Shown: one piece after another, positions 7,641 through 14,719 of the stretch
Position numbering within the stretch: position 1 is the first letter of the stretch
How the letters are laid out: the number at the start of each line of letters is the position of its first letter
Notes under the pieces: generated by a model
Seen by the model: the letters and a program-made list of their open reading frames with translations, nothing else
Database searches by the model: none
Told to the model about the DNA's origin: nothing
Position numbers and translations under genes: made by a program
Origin: a virus
Lineage: Duplodnaviria; Caudoviricetes
Length of the DNA: 30,753 nucleotides
Direction: 5' to 3' (one strand)
IMG/VR virus record: IMGVR_UViG_3300009678_000118
Coordinates: 1-30,753 of that record

Positions 7641-7678
7641 GCTAACGGCTACATCGTTGACGTGACATGGCCGTTGGC
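7641..7678. other. candidate attP
   Basis: Imperfect inverted repeat GCTAACGGC / GCCGTTGGC (1 mismatch) with a 20-bp spacer, starting 3 bp after the integrase stop. Confidence 0.35.
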
Positions 7679-7781
7679 GCGCCGACCGTTCCCGAACACC
7701 AGTGCTGTATAGCTGCCTAGGCGCTATCACCGAACGCTTGACGGGGCAGCGTTCTGGGGCGAGATTTGTCGCTAGACGCAC

Positions 7782-7813
7782 GAACGCCCCGGAGGTCGCA
7801 GTCCGGGGCGCTC
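7782..7813 (-). terminator. putative intrinsic terminator hairpin
   Basis: CGCCCCGGA/TCCGGGGCG 9-bp stem, followed by TTCGTGCGT on the minus strand. Confidence 0.45.
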
Positions 7814-7880
7814 GCTTCGGTCACCGGCTACGAGGATCAAGCTCGTCGCCTGGCCTGAATCCTCTTACGGATCCCGCCAG

Positions 7881-7922
7881 AGCACAACGAAGCCCTCGCC
7901 GGTCGGACGAGGGCTTTGCTTT
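7881..7922. terminator. putative bidirectional terminator
   Basis: AAGCCCTCG...CGAGGGCTT stem, followed by TGCTTTC (+) and CGTTGTGCT (-); lies between convergent operons. Confidence 0.55.
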
Positions 7923-7943
7923 CGATGCGTTGCGGTTGGAGGC

Positions 7944-8015
7944 GGCCCGGCAGCTCGATGGAACGAGCACCCCGTTCGTACCGGGAGGGTGCAGGTTCGA
8001 TTCCTGCCCGGGCCA
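7944..8015 (+). tRNA. tRNA-Thr(CGT)-like gene, atypical, CCA not encoded
   Basis: GGCCCGG CA GCTC GATGGAAC GAGC A CCCCG TT CGT AC CGGGA GGGT GCAGG TTCGATT CCTGC CCGGGCC A: cloverleaf with a perfect acceptor stem and T arm; C27:A43 mismatch. Confidence 0.75.
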
Positions 8016-8173
8016 CCTCCGACCACTGCGATGAGTTTGGCCCTTGTATCCAATAGGAGTCAATCCGGCCACGACAGCCTAGAAGGTGGGCGATCCGCCG
8101 CAGACGTTGAGCGCAGTCGCCGTGACGAACGCGAGCAGGAACGCCAATAGGACTGCCGTCCAGCACTTCTCGG

Positions 8174-8290
8174 TCAGCGCTCGACCGTCTCCGTGACCGT
8201 CTCGGCCGGACGCTTCTCGGCTTCGTCACGTTTCACGAACCGCCCCGTGAGCGCGTCGCGGACGCGCTTCCAGATCCGCTTCGGCTTCAC
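8174..8290 (-). CDS. small basic protein of the 'RDAxTGRF...TVTE' type (38 aa)
   Basis: MKPKRIWKRVRDALTGRFVKRDEAEKRPAETVTETVER; GTGA overlap with the holin stop; paralog at 24748-24903. Confidence 0.7.
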   Translation of the reverse strand: MKPKRIWKRVRDALTGRFVKRDEAEKRPAETVTETVER

Positions 8291-8505
8291 GATGCGGGTG
8301 CTCGCATCTTGGTCAGCAGCTCAGGGACGCGCGTGGCGGCATAGCGACCGGCCGCAGTGAGCAGCGCAATGCCGACGTTCGTCCAGAAGCGCCCATCCCC
8401 GATCACGGTCGGGTCGAGGTTCTTGAGCGCGTCGCCCAGCTCGATTCCGATCGCGACGCCGAGGCCGATCGCAAACGTCAACAAGTCCTGTTTGTTGAAG
8501 GTCAT
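8287..8505 (-). CDS. putative holin
   Basis: 72 aa with two hydrophobic helices; GGAGG SD; directly after the endolysin. Confidence 0.65.
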   Translation of the reverse strand: MTFNKQDLLTFAIGLGVAIGIELGDALKNLDPTVIGDGRFWTNVGIALLTAAGRYAATRVPELLTKMRAPAS

Positions 8506-8516
8506 GGCAGTCCTCC

Positions 8517-9287
8517 CTATTCCTTTGTCGTGAAGTAGTAGCCGTGTCCGCCGGCCGGCGGCTTCGGCAATGGATCCGGCGGGTCGATCACCTCGACCAC
8601 CGTGAGCCCCTGCTGGTCGTTGATCGCGAGTCCGTGCGCTACGGCAGCGCTGTTGAGCGCGGCGATGCTCTCGCCCTGGTCGAGCTGTCTGATCTGCACG
8701 TCGTCATCCCTTCCGAATGGCTCCGGGTCGTAGGCGAGCCGCGCGAACAGGTCATCCCACGGGAACAGCGGGCCCGGGTCGGACTTGCCGAGGCGCGTCC
8801 CGTTGGCGGTGTCCTCGTGGCCGAGGAAGCCACGTGGCACGTCGGCGTAGCGGTCCTGGTCCCAGTAGCCGACGTGCACAAGCGGGATCTGCAACTCAGA
8901 GACGATCGGCCGCAGGAACTCGACGAGCTCCGCGATCGCGGCGGCGGTGTACGGCTCCTGCGTCGCCGGCTGCGCGACCTCGATCGCGATCGCGACTTCG
9001 TCGACGGCGTACTGCAGCACCGAGCCCTTGCCGCCATACCCGGCAGCGAAGGCCGAATGCGTCTCGCGCCAGCCGACGACTTCGGCGCGTTCGCCGTTCG
9101 CGCCGATCACGACGTCAGCCGTGGGGCCGAAGCCGCCGAGGTTCGGAGCGCGCGTGAACCAGTCGACCGTCGCCTGGTACTGCACGTCCATTGGCGCGTC
9201 GCCCCGCGTCGCGTGGATGCAGATGAGCGAGATCGGCAGCACTCGCGGCCTGCGGCAGTAGTCGGGGACGGTGATGAGCTGCGTCAT
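8517..9287 (-). CDS. endolysin, N-acetylmuramoyl-L-alanine amidase (Amidase_2)
   Basis: ICIHATRG...IAIEV...FLGHEDT...KSDPG Zn-amidase motifs. The real start is ATG 9287 or GTG 9290, not 9647. Confidence 0.88.
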   Translation of the reverse strand: MTQLITVPDYCRRPRVLPISLICIHATRGDAPMDVQYQATVDWFTRAPNLGGFGPTADVVIGANGERAEVVGWRETHSAFAAGYGGKGSVLQYAVDEVAIAIEVAQPATQEPYTAAAIAELVEFLRPIVSELQIPLVHVGYWDQDRYADVPRGFLGHEDTANGTRLGKSDPGPLFPWDDLFARLAYDPEPFGRDDDVQIRQLDQGESIAALNSAAVAHGLAINDQQGLTVVEVIDPPDPLPKPPAGGHGYYFTTKE

Positions 9288-10471
9288 CACGGCCACCGCC
9301 CCAGGTTGCGCACGATGTCGTCCCAGTACGACCCGCCGCGCGGGTGGCTCATGCTTTCGAGCAGCGCCCGCGTCGGCGCCCCGGAGTCGTGCGAGTGGTA
9401 CGCGTACTGCCGCCACGCGAGCGACAGGTACGCGCTCGCCATCGACTGGGCGTTGTAGCCGGTGCTCTCCCCGAACTCGCCGCCGACGGTCCGCGGCGTG
9501 CTCAGGAACACCCGGCGCAGCCATTGCTCGTCGGTCTCGCCGGCGGTGACGCCTGACTCCCATGTGCCCCACTCGCCGGGTTCGGTGAGCACGGCGTCGT
9601 TGTGCATAGCGACGCGCGACTTCTGGCTGTCGTTGAGGAAGCCCCACATCCAGCGGATGTCACGCGGGTAGCGGAACGCGACCGGCACCTGGTACGTGTC
9701 GAGCAGCTTCCGTACGAGGTCCGCGCGCGCGCCCGTGGTCGAGTTGGAGAGCGAGCGCTCTCCGTAGGTGCGGAACTGCGCCGGGATGTTGTGGTAGTGC
9801 CACTCGCCCCACTTGCCGACCTGCCCGGCCTCGACGACGAGCACGACGTCGGCGTTCGCGTTGATCACGGCTGCGAGCTGGTCGACGTGGCGATGGGCCT
9901 GCGCTGGCTGCGCGTCGATGCGGAAGTTGAGCGGCTCCGGCTCGTCCCAGTGGTACCAATACGAGAAGCGGACCACCGCCTGCATCCCCGCGTTGCGGAC
10001 GGTCTGCAAACTCGCGGTGAGCCGTTGCAGCTCGGACTGCGACAGGTCGCTCGTCCTGCGGTGCGGAAAGGACGCGCTGATCTTGACGATGCTCGCGCCG
10101 GCGGCCCGCGCCTGGGTGACCGCGCTCGTCCCCACGTCCCAGCCTGCGACCTGCATGAGGCCGCTCACTGCGGGCGCTGGTGGCGGTGTCGCTGTCGGTG
10201 CGACGCTGGGCGTAGCCGTGGCACTGCCCGTAGCCGTGGGCGCAGCCGTAGCGCTCGCGACCGCCTCGAGCGCGCGCAGCCGGCGCTCGTGGTCGATGAT
10301 CAGCGCCTCGAGCGCCCTGGTGTCTACCGACACGCTGACGAGCGGCGTGGCCGGCGTCTGCGCGCCGGCAGGCGACGGCCCGGTGAGCACGACCCACGCC
10401 GCGCCGGCGATCGCCGCCCACAGCACGAGCGCGATCGCAGCGCCGATGGCGAGGCCCCTGGCTGGTCGCAT
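9287..10471 (-). CDS. membrane-anchored DUF4874/DUF4832-like glycoside-hydrolase-fold protein
   Basis: N-terminal TM/signal, short coiled coil, Thr/Ala/Pro linker, then VVRFSY...DAQPAQAHRHVDQLAAVINANADVVLVVEAGQVGKWGEWH...RVAMHND...VGGE. Confidence 0.72.
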   Translation of the reverse strand: MRPARGLAIGAAIALVLWAAIAGAAWVVLTGPSPAGAQTPATPLVSVSVDTRALEALIIDHERRLRALEAVASATAAPTATGSATATPSVAPTATPPPAPAVSGLMQVAGWDVGTSAVTQARAAGASIVKISASFPHRRTSDLSQSELQRLTASLQTVRNAGMQAVVRFSYWYHWDEPEPLNFRIDAQPAQAHRHVDQLAAVINANADVVLVVEAGQVGKWGEWHYHNIPAQFRTYGERSLSNSTTGARADLVRKLLDTYQVPVAFRYPRDIRWMWGFLNDSQKSRVAMHNDAVLTEPGEWGTWESGVTAGETDEQWLRRVFLSTPRTVGGEFGESTGYNAQSMASAYLSLAWRQYAYHSHDSGAPTRALLESMSHPRGGSYWDDIVRNLGRWP

Positions 10472-10582
10472 GTGACGCTCCGATCTCGCGCTATCGGCTG
10501 ATGCCGTCGCGCGGGACCGGGGCTCACACGCCTGAGAGGGGTCGCAGGCGCAGGTCTCCCGGTTGCTTCGTTCGCTCTTCTT

Positions 10583-10750
10583 TTAGCTCGCCCTGGCCTT
10601 CTCCCCGCGCGCGACCTTTACGACGCGCGCACTCACGTTCCCGTCCTTGAAGTCGAGCTTGACCGTGCCGGTCCAGCGCTCGCGGATCAGCCGCTCGAAC
10701 AGCGACCCGAGTGCGGCGGGGATCACGCTATCCGTCTGCACACTCGTCAT
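10583..10750 (-). CDS. DUF2292/YezD-like small protein (55 aa)
   Basis: MTSVQTDSVIPAALGSLFERLIRERWTGTVKLDFKDGNVSARVVKV; GxVxLxFxDGxV pattern; ATGA overlap. Confidence 0.55.
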   Translation of the reverse strand: MTSVQTDSVIPAALGSLFERLIRERWTGTVKLDFKDGNVSARVVKVARGEKARAS

Positions 10751-11094
10751 TGCAGCATCGCCACGGCGATAGAGACCGCGAGCGCGGAGATCGCGACGAA
10801 CGTCGTGACCACGCCCGCGAGCACACGCCAGTTCATGCCGGTCGCGGCGAGCGCGCCCGCTACTGCCGCCTTCCACAGTTCGAGCGCCGTCACGCGTCCG
10901 TTCGTCGTTTTGACCTGCTCGGTCAGCGCCCGGATCTCCTGGGCCTGATCTGCGATCCGCGCCTCGACGCGCCCCTCCGCCTGCGCGATACGGCGGTCGA
11001 GCATGTCCTCGGTGCGTTCGAGGCGCTGGTCGATGTGCCCCCAGAGACGCTCGAACTCCTCAGAGAGCACGCCCAGCGGGCGGTCATTTGTCAC
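10747..11094 (-). CDS. XhlA-like coiled-coil membrane protein (lysis accessory/holin-like)
   Basis: GTG 11094 with GGAG SD; coiled coil, TNGRVTALE, C-terminal TM helix. Confidence 0.65.
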   Translation of the reverse strand: MTNDRPLGVLSEEFERLWGHIDQRLERTEDMLDRRIAQAEGRVEARIADQAQEIRALTEQVKTTNGRVTALELWKAAVAGALAATGMNWRVLAGVVTTFVAISALAVSIAVAMLQ

Positions 11095-11134
11095 AGATGC
11101 GCTCCACCGGGCCGCCAGCCCGTCTCCACGCTCT

Positions 11135-14100
11135 TCATTCCCATTCCCAGTATCCGAGCAAATAAATCTTCGCCGTGCCCACGGTGGTAGAACCCGTCCA
11201 CCGGTCGATCTTGTATTCAAAGATTTGGGCGTCATCGAGGATTTCCTCGACCTGCACCGTGGGCCGCGTCTCGACGGTGGTGTCCTGGATCAGGTGATAT
11301 TGGGGCGCGCCAGCATCGCCGTTGCGCCGTGTGTAGTACCGGAACCCAGCCGTGAACTCCGCGATCAATAGTTCCATCTGCACGCGCGCGGCAAGCGCGC
11401 TCGTCTGTGCAGTGCAATCGACATCAGTCCATGTGTCCGTGTCACCTTCCCCGTCGTTGCTCACCTTGGCCGTGGCGGAACTGGTCGCGTCGTACTTGCG
11501 GTATACCAGCTTCCGCGGCGGAAGCCCGATTACATTCGCGCCGAGCATGACCGTGATGTTGCCGCCAGCGTAGAACGTCCCCGCAGTGTCCTTGGTGACT
11601 TGCAGGTCTACATAGGTGCCGGCGGTAGTGTGGTTAAGCACCGCGTACAGATCCCAGTCGCCATCGGTAGCAACCAGCGTCCCGACCGTCTCGGTCGCGT
11701 CGGAGTTCAGCAGCTTGACGGTGCAATCGACCGAGCCAGCCGTGCTCCCAACCCAGATGAGCGCTGAGATCACCTTGCCTGACTTGATGCGTGGCTCATC
11801 GGCGTATGTAAACCGTTGGTGAAAGCCCTCGTTCACTGCGTTGGTGACACACTTGCCGACATGAAAGAACTTGGCATCGAGCCCGGCCTCGCCTGACACC
11901 GGGACGGCCGAAAACTCGGTCGTAGGCGTGGCGACTGTGTCCCACCACTGGCCAGCCGTGACGAGGTCTAGGCCTGCACCGACCTGGACGAGTGGAGGCC
12001 AGCCCTTTACTTCGTTCTGTAGGACTGCATCGTATCCGAGTAGTGCCACGATTTGCCCCGCCCCTTCTGAGATGAGCGTCGAGTTGTTGATCGAGTCGTA
12101 GGGGTTCTCTTCCCCGATGCCTGAGCCCTGCGAGCCTGAGTTGGGCGCGATCACAAGGCAGTCGTAGGTGTAGGCCTCCCACCCCGGCGGGTCGCCGTCG
12201 GGGGATGCCGCCGGCGCTTTAATCTCCCCGGAGATGCGCTGGATCCAGCAGTCGAAGTCAGCATCGAGCGCCGTTTCGATGACGCGGATGCGGTCCCCGA
12301 TTTCGCGCATGGCGACGGCCTCGTTGGCCTCGTCGGAGGAGAGCGCGTTGATGGTGACGATGACGCGCCCGACCGGTTCCTTGGCGAGCGTGACGATCGC
12401 GTCGAGGTTGTCATGCATGTCCCACCAGAACATGTCCGCCCACATCTCACCCTGCCACGGACGCACGCCGTAGTTGGTGATGGAGGCGGAGGCGTCCACG
12501 CGCGCGACTTCGTTGAACGGGCCGCGCGCGATGGTGGTGTACGCGCGGAGCTTGATCCCGTCGCCGCCCACGCCGCCGAGCGCCACTCCGCTCGGACCGG
12601 CGGTGAATGTGATCTGGACGTTCTGCCCCGAGTCGCGGTCGAGGGAAACTGCGACGCTGCCGAGGGCGTATTCGTAGTCCACCCCGTCGACCGGCGTAAC
12701 CGCGTCGAAATAGGGTTCGTCGCCAACGGCTTCGAGCGTCAGGCTCTCGTTCGGGCGGAGGGTGTACTCGCCCGAGCCGTTGTCGTCCTCCCAGACGGTC
12801 GACAGCGCCGTGTCGTTCGTGCGCGAGATGCGCTGCGCCTTGGCGCTGTTGATCACAGAGCCGATGCTGCCCGGGGTGTAGATCGGCTGCCCGACGGGGC
12901 CGCTGATGTGCGGGGCGGCACCCTGCGAGGTGATCGTGGTTTGGACCGTGGTCGAGCGAGACTCGGTGTAGCGCGCTGAACGCTGACGGAAGATGAGCCG
13001 GCCCTCACCGTCCTCGTAGAGCTCGCAGGTGGGGCCCTCGGCGTTGAGCAGCTTCTGCAGCGCCGACATCGCGTCTTCGTTGCTCGCCCACCAGTACGGG
13101 AGCATGACCTGGCCAGCGTCGATGTCGCGCAACGCCAGCGGGAACCCTGCGGCGTCGAGCAGCGCTTCGATGCACGTCCCCGTTGAGACTGGACTGTCGT
13201 AACCGCGCCCGAGTAGTTCAGTGGAGACGGTCTTGCCCTGCAGCTTCGCCAGGGAGCCGATCGCGCGGAGCGTCTTGACGATGCGGAAACCATCGGAGCC
13301 CGCTCCGAAGTGCGTACCAGGGACGGTGATGTTGCCCTGGAAGTGGTGGTGCCAGGTGTCGTCGACGCCGTCGTCGTAGCGCTTGTTCAGCCGGAGCGCG
13401 AGCCCTTCTTTGGGCTGGTCCAGTTCGTAGCCTGCACTCTGGTTCGTGAGCCGCACCGACGCCTCGCCGGCGCGGGGGGGGTTACCGAGCACCGCCGGAT
13501 CGCTGCCGCGTTCGAAGCGGACTAGCGTTTCGCCCTTGTCGGCGAAGTTCTGGCTTGTGATGTCGAGTACCGGGACATCGGGCAAGCCCTCTTCCGCGAG
13601 CATGAGGCGGTATTGGTCGACTTCTTCATCGACCTCGAGCTGCGGGACGGGCTCTTCGATGTAGAGCGAGGCGGTCTCGCGGTAGACGACCGGCGTGTAG
13701 GTGTTCGAGAGGGAGTAGGCCGGGAGCATGATCTCGGTCGGGGTGTTCGCACGCGAGCTGTAGAGCGTTGCCGCGCTCCACGTGACCATGCCGTCCGTCG
13801 AGAACTTGCGATAGACCGCGCCGGACGCGACGTAGTAGCAGTACACAAAGCCGTTACTCAACGCCATCAGGCCGGGTGCGGTGCCGCCGCTCGCGACCAC
13901 TGATGTGCGCGCGGTCACAGTGGTGCCGGTGATGTCCCAGGTCAGGATCTCGCCCGAGCCGTTGGTCGCCGCAACGTACAGGTGGCCGTTGGGCATGACC
14001 AGTGAGGCGATGTGCGCGGTCGCGCTGCCCCATGTCAGCGTCGCGATCACCGTCTCGGAGATCGTCCCCGCGCTGGCGTCGTACTGTTTGAGACTGAGCT

Positions 14101-14719
14101 GGTTGGCTGACTGGTCGAAGTAGATCGCGCGGATGTCGTTGGGGTCCGCGGACTCGGGGTCGTCCCACATCTGGCAGAGGTCTTCGGCGATGTGCTCGGA
14201 GAATGACGCACCGGCAGCGACCCACGATGAACCGCCGTTGTCCGAATAGACCATCTTCGTGCCGCCGATGGAGCCGTTGGCACAGACGTGGATTCGGCCT
14301 GAGGTCGCCACGCAGACACCACCGGAGCCACCGCCGCCGCTCGCGCCGAGCGCGCCCGTAGCGTGTACGAGCGCGCTGAGCGTGTCAGAGGAGAGCGTGA
14401 GCTTGCGATGCCACCCGCCGCGGGTGCCGCCACTCGTGTCGCGCCAGTTGAAGATGTGGACGACGGAGGGGTTCTGCCAGTTGTCGCAGAAGATGTCGAC
14501 TTGCGTGTCGCTGACTGAGTCCGTGCCAAGCGGAACGTTGTCCGCCCAGGTCAGCCCGCCATCGATTGATTTCTTGTATGAGTGCCCGTGCGAGGTCGGT
14601 GCCTCGTCCTGGTAAAAGACGTAGATGGTGTTCGCGTCTTTCTGCACGACGCGACGCCGGGACGAGTGAACTTGCAGTCCCTGGTTGCTGCTGCTGTCGA
14701 TCAGGACGGCGGTGGTCAT
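11135..14719 (-). CDS. tail tip / baseplate hub-receptor binding protein with N-terminal Asp-box beta-propeller
   Basis: 1194 aa, directly after the tape measure. Asp boxes SIDGGLTW, SDNGGSSW, STDGMVTW; hub-like middle (LYEDGEGRLIFRQR, REIGDRIRV). Confidence 0.85.
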   Translation of the reverse strand: MTTAVLIDSSSNQGLQVHSSRRRVVQKDANTIYVFYQDEAPTSHGHSYKKSIDGGLTWADNVPLGTDSVSDTQVDIFCDNWQNPSVVHIFNWRDTSGGTRGGWHRKLTLSSDTLSALVHATGALGASGGGGSGGVCVATSGRIHVCANGSIGGTKMVYSDNGGSSWVAAGASFSEHIAEDLCQMWDDPESADPNDIRAIYFDQSANQLSLKQYDASAGTISETVIATLTWGSATAHIASLVMPNGHLYVAATNGSGEILTWDITGTTVTARTSVVASGGTAPGLMALSNGFVYCYYVASGAVYRKFSTDGMVTWSAATLYSSRANTPTEIMLPAYSLSNTYTPVVYRETASLYIEEPVPQLEVDEEVDQYRLMLAEEGLPDVPVLDITSQNFADKGETLVRFERGSDPAVLGNPPRAGEASVRLTNQSAGYELDQPKEGLALRLNKRYDDGVDDTWHHHFQGNITVPGTHFGAGSDGFRIVKTLRAIGSLAKLQGKTVSTELLGRGYDSPVSTGTCIEALLDAAGFPLALRDIDAGQVMLPYWWASNEDAMSALQKLLNAEGPTCELYEDGEGRLIFRQRSARYTESRSTTVQTTITSQGAAPHISGPVGQPIYTPGSIGSVINSAKAQRISRTNDTALSTVWEDDNGSGEYTLRPNESLTLEAVGDEPYFDAVTPVDGVDYEYALGSVAVSLDRDSGQNVQITFTAGPSGVALGGVGGDGIKLRAYTTIARGPFNEVARVDASASITNYGVRPWQGEMWADMFWWDMHDNLDAIVTLAKEPVGRVIVTINALSSDEANEAVAMREIGDRIRVIETALDADFDCWIQRISGEIKAPAASPDGDPPGWEAYTYDCLVIAPNSGSQGSGIGEENPYDSINNSTLISEGAGQIVALLGYDAVLQNEVKGWPPLVQVGAGLDLVTAGQWWDTVATPTTEFSAVPVSGEAGLDAKFFHVGKCVTNAVNEGFHQRFTYADEPRIKSGKVISALIWVGSTAGSVDCTVKLLNSDATETVGTLVATDGDWDLYAVLNHTTAGTYVDLQVTKDTAGTFYAGGNITVMLGANVIGLPPRKLVYRKYDATSSATAKVSNDGEGDTDTWTDVDCTAQTSALAARVQMELLIAEFTAGFRYYTRRNGDAGAPQYHLIQDTTVETRPTVQVEEILDDAQIFEYKIDRWTGSTTVGTAKIYLLGYWEWE

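Noticed and set aside
7944-8015. tRNA as the integration-site (attB/attP) duplication
   Set aside because: The integrase is a serine recombinase, which does not need long tRNA homology, and the gene is complete and atypical rather than a host-like 3' fragment. Not fully excluded.
8050-8152. Direct repeat CCAATAGGA (8050 and 8144)
   Set aside because: Only two 9-bp copies; no array and no supporting context.
9290-9647. N-terminal extension of the endolysin in the ORF track
   Set aside because: Overlaps the upstream GH-like gene; coupled start at 9287/9290 is more plausible.
8079-11094. Spanin (Rz/Rz1) genes
   Set aside because: No convincing nested or overlapping lipoprotein pair was found; consistent with, but not proof of, a monoderm host.
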